Below are positions 1 to 15,020 of a stretch of 64,000 nucleotides of DNA, in pieces. This DNA comes from the human T2T-CHM13v2.0 reference genome, Homo sapiens: NCBI RefSeq assembly GCF_009914755.1, contig NC_060933.1. The stretch is one strand, 5' to 3'. The position numbers and the translations under genes were made by a program. Positions within the stretch are counted from its first letter, which is position 1. Each line of letters starts with the position of its first letter. The notes below the pieces were generated by a model. The model ran no database searches. It saw only the letters and a list, made by a program, of their open reading frames with translations, and was not told the DNA's origin.

Positions 1-3000
1 ATGGAATGGAATGCAATGGAATGGAATCATCCGGAATGGAATGGAATGGAATGGAATGGAATGGAATCAACCCGAGTGCAATGGAATGGAGTGGAATGGA
101 ATGGAATGGAATGGAACAACCCGAATGGAATGGAATGTAATGGAGAGTAAGGGAGTTGAATAGAATCAATCCGAATGTAATGGAATGGAATGCAACGGAA
201 TGGAATGGAATGGAATGGAATGGAATGCAAAGGAATGGAATCAACCCGAGTGGAATGGCATGGAATGGAATGCAATGGATTGGAATGGAATGGAATCAAC
301 TCGAGTGGAAAGGAATGGAATGGAATGGAAAGGAATGGAATGAAGTCAACTTGAGTGGAATGGAATGGAATGGAATGGATTGGAATGGATTGCAATGGAA
401 TGAAATGGAATGGAATGGAATGGAATCAATCATTCCGAGTGGAATGGAAGGGAATGTAATGGAGTGGAAAGAAGGGAATGGAATCAACCCGAGTGGAATG
501 CAAGGCAATGAAATGGAATGGAAAGGAATGGAATGGAATCAACTCGATTCCAATGGAATGGATTGGAATGGAATGGAATGGAATGGAATTAACCGGAATA
601 GAATGGAATGGAATGGAATGCAACGGAATGGAAAGAACACGAGTGCAGGGGAATGGAATGGAATGGAATGCAATGGAATGGAATCATCCGGAATGGAATG
701 GAATGGAATGTAATAAACTCCATTGCAATGGAATGGAATGGAATGGAATGGAATAGAATGGAATGGAATTAACCCGAATAGAATGGAATGCAATAGAATG
801 GAATGCAACGGAACCGAATGGAGTGGAATGGAATGGAATGGAATCAACCCGAGTACAGGGGAATGGAATGGAATGGAATGCAATGGAATGGAGTCATCCG
901 TAATGGAATGGAAAGGTATGGAATGGAATGGAATGGAATGGAATGGAATGGAACGGAATCAACTCGATGGCAATCGAATGGAATGGAATGGAATTAACCC
1001 GAATAGAATGGAATGGAATGGAATGGAACGGAACGGAATGGAATGGAATGGAATGGAATGGAATGGAACGGAACGGAATGGAATGGAATGGAATGGAATG
1101 GAATCAACGCGAGTGCAGGGGAATGGAATGGATTGGAATGTAATGGAATGGAATCATCCGGAATGGAATGGAATGGAATGGAATGCAATGAAAGGCAATG
1201 GATTCAACTCGATTGCAATGGAATGGAATAGAATGGAATGGAATGGAATGGAATGGAATTGAATGGAATGGAATGCCTTCAAACCGAATGGAATGGAAAG
1301 GAATGGAATCATCACGAGTGGAAAGGAATGGAATGGAAAGGAATGAAATGGAATGGAATGGTACGGAATAGAATGGAATGGAACGAACTGGAATGGAATG
1401 GAATGGAATGGAATGGAATGGAATGGAATGGAATGGAATCGTTCCGAGTGGAATAGGAGGGAATGTATTCGAGAGGAATGGAAAGGAATGGAATCAACCA
1501 GAGTGGAATGGAAGGGAATGGAATGGAATGGAAACTAATAGAATGGAATCAAGCCGAGTGGAATGGAATGGAAAGGACTGGAATGGAATGGAATGGAATG
1601 GAATGGAATGGAATGGAATCAACTCGATTGTAATGGAATGGAATGGAATGGAATGCAATGGAATGGAATGGAATGGAATTAACCCGAATAAAATGGAATG
1701 GAATGGAATGGAACGGAATGGAGTGGAATGGAATGGAATCAACCCGAGTGCAGGGGAATGGAATGGAATGGAATGCAATGGAATGGAATCATCCGGAATG
1801 GAATGGAATGGAATGGAATGCAAAGCAATGGAATCAACTCGATTGCAATGGAATGGAATAGAGTGGAAAGGAATAGAATGGAATCAACCCGAGTGTAATG
1901 GAATGGAAAGGACTGGAATGGAGTGGAATGGAATGGAATGGAATGGAATGGAATCAACTCGATTGGAATGCAATGGAATAGAATGGAATGGAATGGAATG
2001 GAATGGAATTAACCCGAATAGAATGGAATGGAATGGAATTGAACGGAACGGAATGGAATGGAATGGAATGGAATGGAATGGAATGGAATGGAGTCAACCC
2101 GACTGCAGGGGAATGGAATGGAATGGAATGGAATGAAATGGAATGGAATGGAATGGAATCATCCGGAACGGAATGGAATTGAATGGAATGGAATCAACTC
2201 GATTGCAATGGAATGGAATGGAATGGAATGGAATGGAATGGAATGGAATGGAATGGAATTCACCCGAATAGAATGGAATGGAATGGAATGGAAAGGAATG
2301 GAAGGGAAGGAAATGGAATGTAATCAACCCGAGTGAAGGGGAATGGAATGGAATGGAATGCGATGGAATGGAATCATCCGGAATGGAATGGAAAGGAATG
2401 GAATGGAATGGAATGGTATCAACCCGAGTGCAGGGGAATGTAATGGAACGGAATGCAATGGAATGGAATCATCCGGAATGGAATGGAATGGAATGGAATG
2501 GAATGGAATCAACCCGAGTGCAATGGAATGGAGTGGAATGGAATGGAATGGAATGGAACAACCCGAATGGAATGGAATGTAATGGAGAGTAAGGGAGTTG
2601 AATAGAATCAATCCGAATGTAATGGAATGGAATGCAACGGAATGGAATGGAATGGAATGCAATGGAATGGAATGGAATGGAATGCAAAGGAATGGAATCA
2701 ACCAGAGTGGAATGGCATGGAATGGAATGCAATGGATTGGAATGGAATGGAATGGAATCAACTCGAGTGGAAAGGAATGGAATGGAATGGAATGGAAAGG
2801 AATGGAATGAAGTCAACTCGAGTGGAATGGAATGGAATGGAATGGATTGGAATGGATTGCAATGGAATGAAATGGAATGGAATGGAATGGAATCAATCAT
2901 TCCGAGTGGAATGGAAGGGAATGTAATGGAGTGGAAAGAAGGGAATGGAATCAACCCGAGTGGAATGCAAGGCAATGGAATGGAATGGAAAGGAATGGAA

Positions 3001-6000
3001 TGGAATCAACTCGATTGCAATGGAATGGAATGGAATGGAATGGAATGGAATGGAATTAATCGGAATAGAATGGAATGGAATGGAATGGAATGGAATGGAA
3101 GGGAATGGAATCAACACGAGTGCAGGGGAATGGAATGGAATGGAATGCAATGGAATGGAATAATCCGGAATGGAATGGAATGGAATGGAATCAACACCAT
3201 TGCAATGGAATGGAATGGAATGGAATGGAATAGAATGGAATGGAATTAACCCGAATAGAATGGAATGCAATAGAATGGAATGCAACGGAACCGAATGGAG
3301 TGGAATGGAATGGAATGGAATCAACCCGAGTACAGGGGAATGGAATGGAATGGAATGCAATGGAATGGAGTCATCCGTAATGGAATGGAAAGGAATGGAA
3401 TGGAATGGAATGGAATGGAATGGAATGGAATCAACTCGATGGCAATCGAATGGAATGGAATGGAATTAACCCGAATAGAATGGAATGGAATGGAATGGAA
3501 CGGAACGGAATGGAATGGAATGGAATGGAATGGAATGGAATGGAATGGAAAGGAACGGAACGGAATGGAATGGAATGGAATGGAATGGAATCAACGCGAG
3601 TGCAGGGGAATGTAATGGAATGGAATGTAATGGAATGGAATCTTCCGGAATGGAATGGAATGGAATGGAACGGAATGAAAGGCAATGGATTAAACTCGAT
3701 TGCAATGGATTGGAAGAGAATGGAATGGAATGGAATGGAATGGAATGGAATGGAATGGAATGGAATGGAATGCCTTCAAACCGAAAGGAATGGAAAGGAA
3801 TGGAATCAACACGAGTGGAAAGGAATGGAATGGAAAGGAATGGAATGGAATGGAATGGTACAGAATAGAATGGAATGGAACGAACTGGAATGGAATGGAA
3901 TGGAATGGAATGGAATGGAATGGAATCGTTCCGAGTGGAATAGGAGGGAATGTATTCGAGTGGAATGGAAAGGAATGGAATCAACCAGAGTGGAATGGAA
4001 GGGAATGGAATGGAATGGAAACTAATAGAATGGAATCAACCCGAGTGGAATGGAATGGAAAGGACTGGAATGGAATGGAATGGAAAGGAATGGAATGGAA
4101 TGGAATCAACTCGATTGTAATGAAATGGAATGGAATGGAATGGAATGGAATGGAATGGAATGGAACGGAATGGAATAGAATTAACCCGAATAGAATGGAA
4201 TGGAATGGAATGGAACGGAACGGAACGGAACGGAACGGAATGGAATGGAATGGAATGGAATGGAACGGAAAGGAATGGAATGGAATGGAATGGAATGGAA
4301 TGGAATGGAATGGAATCAACGCGAGTGCAGGGGAATGGAATGGAATGGAATGCAATGGAATGGAAGATTCCGGAATGGAATGGAATGGAATGGAATGGAA
4401 TGGAATGGAATGGAATAAACCCGAGTGCAATGGAATGGAGTGGAATGGAATGGAATGGAATGGAACAACCCGAATGGAATGGAATGTAATGGAGAGTAAG
4501 GGAGTTGAATAGAGTCAATCCGAATGTAATGGAATGGAATGGAACGGAATGGAATTGAATGGAATGGAATGGAATGCAATGGAATGGAATCAACCCGAGT
4601 GCAATGGAATGGAGAGGAATGGAATGGAATGGAATGGAAACTACCCGAATGGAATGGAATGTAATGGAGTGTAAGGGAATTGAATAGAATCAATCCGAAT
4701 GTAACGGAATGGAATGGAACGGAATGGAATGGAATGGAATGGAATGGAATGGAATCAACCCGAGTGCAATCGAATGGAATCGAATGGAATGGAATGCAAT
4801 GGAATGGAATCATCCGTAATGGAATGGAAAGGAATGGAAGGGAATGGAATGGAATGGAATGGAATGGAATCAACAAGATTGCAATAGAATGGAATGGAAT
4901 GGAATTAACCCGAATAGAATGGAATGGAATGGACTGGAATGGAACGGAATGGAATGGAATGGAATGGAATGGAATGGAACGGAACGGAACCGAATGGAAT
5001 GGAATGGAATGGAATGGAATGGAATGGAATGGAATCAACGCGAGTACAGGGGAATGGAATGTAATGGAATGCAATGGAATGGAATCTTCCGGAATGGAAT
5101 GGAATGGAATGGAATGGAATCAATCCGAGTGCAATGGAATGGAGTGGAATGGAATGGAATGGAATGGAACAACCCGAATGGAATCGAATGTAATGGAGAG
5201 TAAGGGAGTTGAATAGAATCAATCCGAATGTAATGGAATAGAATGGAACGGAATGGAATTGAATGGAATGGAATGGAATGCAATGGAATGGAATCAACCC
5301 GAGTGCAAAGGAATGGACAGGAATGGAATGGAATGGAGTGGAAACTACCCGAATGGAATGGAATGCAATGGAATGGAATCAACCCGAGTGCAATGGAATG
5401 GAGAGAAATGGAATGGAATGGAGTGGAAACTACCCGAATGAAATGGAATGTAATGGAGTGTAAGGGAATTGAATAGAATCAATCCGAATGTAATGGAAAG
5501 GAATGGAACGGAATGGAATGGAATGGAATGCAATGCAATGGAATGGAATCAACCCGAGTGCAATCGAATGGAATCGAATGGAATGGAATGCAATGGAAGG
5601 GAATCAACTCGATTGCAATCGAATGGAATGGAATGGAATTAACCCGAATAGAATGGAATGGAATGGAATGCAAAGGAACGGAATGGAATGGAATGGAATG
5701 GAATGGAATGGAACGGAACGGAATGGAACGGAATGGAATGGAATGGAATCAACGCGAGTGCAGGGGAATGGAATGGAATGGAATGCAATGGAATGGAATC
5801 TTCCGGAATGGAATGGAATGGAATGAAACGCAATGGATTCAACTCGATTGAAATGGAATGGAATAGAATGGAATGGAATGGAATGGAATGGAATGGAATG
5901 AACACGAATAGAATGGAATAGAATGCAATGGAACGGAATGGAACGCAATGGAATGGAATGGAATGGAATGGAATGGTATGGAATGGAATGGAATGGTACG

Positions 6001-8300
6001 GAATAGAATGGAATGTAACGAATTGTAATGGAATGGAATTGAGTGGAATGGAATGGAATCAACGCGAGTGCAGGGGAATGTAATGGAACGGAATGCAATG
6101 GAATGGAATCATCCGGAATGGAATGGAATGGAATGGAATGGAATGGAATGAAATCAACCCGAGTGCAATGGAATGGAGTGGAATGGAATGGAATGGAATG
6201 GAACAACACGAATGGAATCGAATGTAATGGAATGTAAGGGAGTTGAATAGAATCAATCCGAATGTAATGGAATGGAATGCAACGGAATGGAATGGAATGG
6301 AATGCAATGGAATGCAATCAACCAGAGTACAATGGAATGGAATGGAATGGAATGGAATGGAATGGAATGGAATGGAATGCCTTCAAACCGAATGGTATGG
6401 AAAGGAATGGAATCAACACGAGTGGAATGGAATGGAATAGAATGGAATGGAATGGAATGGAATGGAATGGAATGATACGGAATAGAATGGAATGGAACGA
6501 AATGGAATGGAATGGAATGGAATGGAATGGAATGGAATGGAATGGAATGGAATGGAATCGTTCCGAGTGGAATAGGAGGGAATGTATTCGAGTGGAATGG
6601 AAAGGAATGGAATCAACCAGAGTGGAATGGAAGGGAATGGAATGGAATGGAAACTAATAGAATGGAATCAACCTGAGTGGAATGGAATGGAAAGGACTGG
6701 AATGGAATGGAATGGAATGGAATGGAATGGAATGGAATGAACTCGATTGGAATGGAATGGAATGGAATGGAATGGAATGGAATGGAATGGAATCAACTCG
6801 ATTGCAATGGAATGGAATGGAATGGAATGGAATTAACCGGAATAGAATGGAATGGAATGGAATGGAACGGAATGGAATGGAATGGAAGGGAATGGAATCA
6901 ACACGAGTGCAGGGGAATGGAATGGAATGCAATGCAATGGAATGGAATCATCCGGAATGGAATGGAATGGAATGGAATCAACCCCATTGCAATGGAATGG
7001 AATGGAATGGAATGGAATAGAATGGAATGGAATTATCCCGAATAGAATGGAATGCAATAGAATGGAATGCAACGGAACCGAATGGAGTGGAATGGAATGG
7101 AATGGAATCAACCCGAGTACAGGGGAATGGAATGGAATGGAATGCAATGGAATGGAGTCATCCGAAATGGAATGGAAAGGAATGGAATGGAATGGAATGG
7201 AATCAACTCGATGGCAATCTAATGGAATGGAATGGAATTAACCCGAATAGAATGGAATGGAATGGAATGGAACGGAACGGAATGGAATGGAATGGAATGG
7301 AATGGAATGCAACGGAACGGAATGGAATGGAAGGGAATGGAATGGAATCAACGCGAGTGCAGGGGAATGGAATGGAATGGAATGCAATCGAATGGAATCT
7401 TCCGGAATGGAATGCAATGGAATGGAATGGAATGAAAGGCAATGGATTCAACTCGATTGCAATGGAATGGAATAGAATGGAATGGAATGGAATGGAATTG
7501 AATGGAATGGAATTGAATGGAATGGAATACCTTCAAACCGAATGGAATGGAAAGGAATGGAATCAACACGAGTGGAAAGGAATGGAATGGAAAGGAATGG
7601 AATGGAATGGAATGGTACGGAATAGAATGGAATGGAACGAACTGGATTGGAATGGAATGGAATGGAATGGAATGGAATGGAATGGAATCGTTCCGAGTGG
7701 AATAGGATGGATTGTTTTCGAGTGGAAGGGAAAGGAATGGAATCAACCAGAGTGGAATGGAAGGGAATGGAATGGAATGGAAACTAATAGAATGGAATCA
7801 ACCCGAGTCGAATGGAATGGAAAGGACTGGAATGGAATGGAATGGAATGGAATGGAATGGAATCAACTCGATTGTAATGGAATGGAATGGAATGGAATGG
7901 AATGGAATGGAATGGAATGGAATTAACCCGAATACAATGGAATGGAATGGAATGGAACGGAATGGAGTGGAATGGAATGGAATCAACCCGAGTGCAGGGG
8001 AATGGAATGGAATGGAATGCAATGGAATGGAATCATCCGGAATGGAATGGAATGGAATGGAATGCAAAGCAATGGAATCAACTCGATTGCAATGGAATGG
8101 AATGGAATGGAAAGGAATAGAATGGAATCAACCCGAGTGTAATGGAATGGAAAGGACTGGAATGGAGTGGAAGGGAATGGAATGGAATGGAATGGAATCA
8201 ACTCGATTGCAATGGAATGGAATGGAATGGAATGGAATAGAATGGAATGGAGTGGAATTAACCGGAATAGAATGGAATGGAATGGAATGGAACGGAATGA
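1..8300 (+). repeat. Copy 1 of a dispersed near-identical block (partner 46794-52620)
   Basis: Identical ORF translations at offset 46793 (156..713 = 46949..47506). Shared rare variants: GGAAAGAACACGAG (~630/47423), GTAATAAACTCC (~710/47503), AAAGGTATGG, CATCACGAG, CAAGCCGAG, AATTATCCCG (~7031/51337). Confidence 0.9.
2091..8300 (+). repeat. ~6.5 kb-period tandem duplication, copy 1
   Basis: GAGTCAACCCGACTGC occurs at 2091 and 8605. ORF pairs lie at offsets 6489-6514 (4905/11394, 5345/11834, 6043/12542, 7348/13862). Confidence 0.9.
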
Positions 8301-8350
8301 AATGGAATGGAATGGAATGGAATGGAATGGAATGGAATGGAATGGAATGG

Positions 8351-8900
8351 AATCATCCGGAACGGAATGGAATTGAATGGAATGGAATCAACTCGATTGC
8401 AATGGAATGGAATGGAATGGAATGGAATGGAATGGAATGGAATTCACCCGAATAGAATGGAATGGAATGGAATGGAAAGGAATGGAAGGGAAGGAAATGG
8501 AATGTAATCAACCCGAGTGAAGGGGAATGGAATGGAATGGAATGCGATGGAATGGAATCATCCGGAATGTAATGGAATGGAATGGAATGGAATGGAATGG
8601 AATGGAGTCAACCCGACTGCAGGGGAATGGAATGGAATGGAATGGAATGAAATGGAATGGAATGGAATGGAATGGAATCATCCGGAACGGAATGGAATTG
8701 AATGGAATGGAATCAACTCGATTGCAATGGAATGGAATGGAATGGAATGGAATGGAATGGAATGGAATTCACCCGAATAGAATGGAATGGAATGGAATGG
8801 AAAGGAATGGAAGGGAAGGAAATGGAATGTAATCAACCCGAGTGAAGGGGAATGGAATGGAATGGAATGCGATGGAATGGAATCATCCGGAATGTAATGG
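8351..8900 (+). repeat. 325 bp-offset local duplication at the junction of the 6.5 kb copies
   Basis: AATCATCCGGAACGG...AATTCACCCG...AAGGAAATGGAATGTAATCAACCCGAGTGAAGGGG...GCGATGG...CATCCGGAATGT starts at 8351 and again at 8676. Confidence 0.85.
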
Positions 8901-11900
8901 AATGGAATGGAAAGGAATGGAATGGTATCAACCCGAGTGCAGGGGAATGTAATGGAACGGAATGCAATGGAATGGAATCATCCGGAATGGAATGGAATGG
9001 AATGGAATGGAATGGAATCAACCCGAGTGCAATGGAATGGAGTGGAATGGAATGGAATGGAATGGAACAACCCGAATGGAATGGAATGTAATGGAGAGTA
9101 AGGGAGTTGAATAGAATCAATCCGAATGTAATGGAATGGAATGCAACGGAATGGAATGGAATGGAATGCAATGGAATGGAATGCAATGGAATGCAAAGGA
9201 ATGGAATCAACCAGAGTGGAATGGCATGGAATGGAATGCAATGGATTGGAATGGAATGGAATCAACTCGAGTGGAAAGGAATGGAATGGAATGGAATGGA
9301 AAGGAATGGAATGAAGTCAACTCGAGTGGAATGGAATGGAATGGAATGGATTGGAATGGATTGCAATGGAATGAAATGGAATGGAATGGAATGGAATCAA
9401 TCATTCCGAGTGGAATGGAAGGGAATGTAATGGAGTGGAAAGAAAGGAATGGAATCAACCCGAGTGGAATGCAAGGCAATGGAATGGAATGGAAAGGAAT
9501 GGAATGGAATCAACTCGATTGCAATGGAATGGAATGGAATGGAATGGAATGGAATTAATCGGAATAGAATGGAATGGAATGGAATGGAATGGAATGGAAG
9601 GGAATGGAATCAACACGAGTGCAGGGGAATGGAATGGAATGGAATGCAATGGAATGGAATAATCCGGAATGGAATGGAATGGAATGGAATCAACTCCATT
9701 GCAATGGAATGGAATGGAATGGAATGGAATAGAATGGAATGGAATTAACCCGAATAGAATGGAATGCAATAGAATGGAATGCAACGGAACCGAATAGAGT
9801 GGAATGGAATGGAATGGAATCAACCCGAGTACAGGGGAATGGAATGGAATGGAATGCAATGGAATGGAGTCATCCGTAATGGAATGGAAAGGAATGGAAT
9901 GGAATGGAATGGAATGGAATGGAATGGAATGGAATGGAATCAACTCGATGGCAATCGAATGGAATGGAATGGAATTAACCCGAATAGAATGGAATGGAAT
10001 GGAATGGAACGGAACGGAATGGAATGGAATGGAATGGAATGGAATGGAACGGAACGGAATGGAATGGAATGGAATGGAATGGAATCAACGCGAGTGCAGG
10101 GGAATGGAATGGAATGGAATGGAATGGAATGGAATCTTCCGGAATGGAATGGAATGGAATGGAACGGAATGAAAGGCAATGGATTAAACTCGATTGCAAT
10201 GGAATGGAAGAGAATGGAATGGAATGGAATGGAATGGAATGGAATGGAATGGAATGGAATGGAATGCCTTCAAACCGAAAGGAATGGAAAGGAATGGAAT
10301 CAACACGAGTGGAAAGGAATGGAATGGAAAGGAATGGAATGGAATGGAATGGTACAGAATAGAATGGAATGGAACGAACTGGAATGGAATGGAATGGAAT
10401 GGAATGGAATGGAATGGAATGGAATCGTTCCGAGTGGAATAGGAGGGAATGTATTCGAGTGGAATGGAAAGGAATGGAATCAACCAGAGTGGAATGGAAG
10501 GGAATGGAATGGAATGGAAACTAATAGAATGGAATCAACCCGAGTGGAATGGAATGGAAAGGACTGGAATGAAATGGAATGGAATGGAATGGAATGGAAT
10601 GGAATCAACTCGATTGTAATGGAATGGAATGGAATGGAATGGAATGGAATGGAATGGAATGGAATGGAATTAACCCGAATAGAATGGAATGGAATGGAAT
10701 GGAACGGAACGGAACGGAACGGAACGGAACGGAACGGAATGGAATGGAATGGAACGGAAAGGAATGGAATGGAATGGAATGGAATGGAATGGAATGGAAT
10801 GGAATCAACGCGAGTGCAGGGGAATGGAATGGAATGGAATGCAATGGAATGGAAGATTCCGGAATGGAATGGAATGGAATGGAATGGAATGGAATGGAAT
10901 AAACCCGAGTGCAATGGAATGGAGTGGAATGGAATGGAATGGAATGGAACAACCCGAATGGAATGGAATGTAATGGAGAGTAAGGGAGTTGAATAGAGTC
11001 AATCCGAATGTAATGGAATGGAATGGAACGGAATGGAACTGAATGGAATGGAATGGAATGCAATGGAATGGAATCAACCCGAGTGCAATGGAATGGAGAG
11101 GAATGGAATGGAATGGAATGGAAACTACCCGAAAGGAATGGAATGTAATGGAGTGTAAGGGAATTGAATAGAATCAATCCGAATGTATCGGAATGGAATG
11201 GAAAGGAATGGAATGGAATGGAATGGAATGGAATGGAATCAACCCGAGTGCAATCGAATGGAATCGAATGGAATGGAATGCAATGGAATGGAATCATCCG
11301 TAATGGAATGGAAAGGAATGGAATGGAATGGAATGGAATGGAATGGAATGGAATGGAATCAACAAGATTGCAATAGAATGGAATGGAATGGAATTAACCC
11401 GAATAGAATGGAATGGAATGGACTGGAACGGAACGGAATGGAATGGAATGGAATGGAATGGAATGGAACGGAACGGAACCGAATGGAATGGAATGGAATG
11501 GAATGGAATGGAATGGAATGGAATCAACGCGAGTACAGGGGAATGGAATGTAATGGAATGCAATGGAATGGAATCTTCCGGAATGGAATGGAATGGAATG
11601 GAATGGAATCAATCCGAGTGCAATGGAATGGAGTGGAATGGAATGGAATGGAATGGAACAACCCGAATGGAATCGAATGTAATGGAGAGTAAGGGAGTTG
11701 AATAGAATCAATCCGAATGTAATGGAATGGAATGGAACGGAATGGAATTGAATGGAATGGAATGGAATGCAATGGAATGGAATCAACCCGAGTGCAATGG
11801 AATGTACAGGAATGGAATGGAATGGAGTGGAAACTACCCGAATGGAATGGAATGCAATGGAATGGAATCAACCCGAGTGCAATGGAATGGAGAGAAATGG

Positions 11901-14900
11901 AATGGAATGGAGTGGAAACTACCCGAATGAAATGGAATGTAATGGAGTGTAAGGGAATTGAATAGAATCAATCCGAATGTAATGGAAAGGAATGGAACGG
12001 AATGGAATGGAATGGAATGCAATGCAATGGAATGGAATCAACCCGAGTGCAATCGAATGGAATGGAATGGAATGGAATGCAATGGAATGGAATCAACTCG
12101 ATTGCAATCGAATGGAATGGAATGGAATTAACCCGAATAGAATGGAATGGAATGGAATGGAAAGGAACGGAATGGAATGGAATGGAATGGAATGGAATGG
12201 AACGGAACGGAATGGAATGGAATGGAATGGAATGGAATCAACGCGAGTGCAGGGGAATGGAATGGAATGGAATGCAATGGAATGGAATCTTCCGGAATGG
12301 AATGGAATGGAATGAAACGCAATGGATTCAACTCGATTGAAATGGAATGGAATAGAATGGAATGGAATGGAATGGAATGAAATGGAATGGAATGGAATGA
12401 ACACGAATAGAATGGAATGAAATGCAATGGAACGGAATGGAACGGAATGGAATGGAATGGAATGGAATGGAATGGTATGGAATGGAATGGAATGGTACGG
12501 AATAGAATGGAATGTAACGAATTGTAATGGAATGGAATTGAGTGGAATGGAATGGAATCAACGCGAGTGCAGGGGAATGTAATGGAACGGAATGCAATGG
12601 AATGGAATCATCCGGAATGGAATGGAATGGAATGGAATGGAATGAAATGAAATCAACCCGAGTGCAATGGAATGGAGTGGAATGGAATGGAATGGAATGG
12701 AACAACACGAATGGAATGGAATGTAATGGAATGTAAGGGAGTTGAATAGAATCAATCCGAATGTAATGGAATGGAATGCAACGGAATGGAATGGAATGGA
12801 ATGCAATGGAATGCAATCAACCAGAATACAATGGAATGGAATGGAATGGAATGGAATGGAATGGAATGGAATGGAATGCCTTCAAACTGAATGGAATGGA
12901 AAGGAATGGAATCAACACGAGTGGAATGGAATGGAATGGAATGGAATGGAATGGAATGGAATGGAATGGAATGATACGGAATAGAATGGAATGGAACGAA
13001 ATGGAATGGAATGGAATGCAATGGAATGGAATGGAATGGAATGGAATGGAATGGAATCGTTCCGAGTGGAATAGTAGGGAATGTATTCGAGTGGAATGGA
13101 AAGGAATGGAATCAACCAGAGTGGAATGGAAGGGAATGGAATGGAATGGAAACTAATAGAATGGAATCAACCTGAGTGGAATGGAATGGAAAGGACTGGA
13201 ATGGAATGGAATGGAATGGAATGGAATGGAATGAACTCGATTGTAATGGAATGGAATGGAATGGAATGGAATGGAATGGAATGGAATCAACTCGATTGCA
13301 ATGGAATGGAATGGAATGGAATGGAATTAACCGGAATAGAATGGAATGGAATGGAATGGAACGGAATGGAATGGAATGGAAGGGAATGGAATCAACACGA
13401 GTGCAGGGGAATGGAATGGAATGCAATGCAATGGAATGGAATCATCCGGAATGGAATGGAATGGAATGGAATCAACCCCATTGCAATGGAATGGAATGGA
13501 ATGGAATGGAATAGAATGGAATGGAATTAACCCGAATAGAATGGAATGCAATAGAACGGAATGCAACGGAACCGAATGGAGTGGAATGGAATGGAATGGA
13601 ATCAACCCGAGTACAGGGGAATGGAATGGAATGGAATGCAATGGAATGGAGTCATCCGAAATGGAATGGAAAGGAATGGAATGGAATGGAATGGAATGGA
13701 ATGGAATCAACTCGATGGCAATCGAATGGAATGGAATGGAATTAACCCGAATAGAATGGAATGGAATGGAATGGAACGGAACGGAATGGAATGGAATGGA
13801 ATGGAATGGAATGGAATGGAATGGAACGGAACGGAATGGAATGGAATGGAATGGAATGGAATCAACGCGAGTGCAGGGGAATGGAATGGAATGGAATGCA
13901 ATCGAATGGAATGTTCAGGAATGGAATGCAATGGAATGGAATGGAATGAAAGGCAATGGATTCAACTCGATTGCAATGGAATGGAATAGAATGGAATGGA
14001 GTGGAATGGAATTGAATGGAATGGAATTGAATGGAATGGAATACCTTCAAACCGAATGGAATGGAAAGGAATGGAATCAACACGAGTGTAAAGGAATGGA
14101 ATGGAAAGGAATGGAATGGAATGGAATGGTACGGAATAGAATGGAATGGAACGAACTGGATTGGAATGGAATGGAATGGAATGGAATGGAATGGAATGGA
14201 ATCGTTCCGAGTGGAATAGGATGGATTGTTTTCGAGTGGAATGGAAAGGAATGGAATCAACCAGAGTGGAATGGAAGGGAATGGAATGGAATGGAAACTA
14301 ATAGAATGGAATCAACCCGAGTCGAATGGAATGGAAAGGACTGGAATGGAATGGAATGGAATGGAATGGAATGGAATCAACTCGATTGTAATGGAATGGA
14401 ATGGAATGGAATGGAATGGAATGGAATGGAATGGAATTAACCCGAATACAATGGAATGGAATGGAATGGAACGGAATGGAGTGGAATGGAATGGAACCAA
14501 CCCGAGTGCAGGGGAATGGAATGGAATGGAATGAAATGGAATGGAATCATCCGGAATGGAATAGAATGGAATGGAATGCAAAGCAATGGAATCAACTCGA
14601 TTGCAATGGAATGGAAAGGAATAGAATGGAATCAACCCGAGTGTAATGGAATGGAAAGGACTGGAATGGAGTGGAAGGGAATGGAATGGAATGGAATGGA
14701 ATCAACTCGATTGTAATGGAATGGAATGGAATGGAATGGAATGGAATGGAATTAACCCGAATAGAATGGAATGGAATGGAATGGAACGGAATGGAATGGA
14801 ATGGAATGGAATGGAATGGAATGGAATCAACCCGACTGCAGGGGAATGGAATGGAATGGAATGGAATGGAATGGAATGGAATCATCCGGAACGGAATGGA

Positions 14901-15020
14901 ATGGAATGGAATGGAATCAACTCGATTGCAATGGAATGGAATGGAATGGAATGGAATAGAATGGAATGGAGTGGAATTAACCGGAATAGAATGGAATGGA
15001 ATGGAATGGAACGGAATGAA
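8605..15020 (+). repeat. ~6.5 kb-period tandem duplication, copy 2 (carries an extra 215 bp, 14703-14917)
   Basis: Landmark order is the same as 2091-8300, including rare words GGAAGATTCC, AGAGTCAATCC, CAACAAGATT, GAAACGCAAT and GGATGGATTGTTTTCG. Confidence 0.9.
10701..10735 (+). repeat. (GGAAC)7 variant-pentamer run
   Basis: Read directly. The paralog at 4212-4236 has 5 units and 54023-54052 has 6. Confidence 0.9.

Noticed and set aside
645-655. G-quadruplex potential at GCAGGGG words
   Set aside because: The G4 tracts are isolated, typically 80 bp or more apart, and the background has only GG doublets. No canonical four-tract motif is present.
1435-1475. Other TTC-containing words (GAATCGTTCC, GAATGTATTCG, GAATGCCTTC, GAATTC) as heat-shock elements
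   Set aside because: GAA-to-TTC spacing is 3, 4 or 0 bp rather than the required 2, so they do not fit the HSE consensus.
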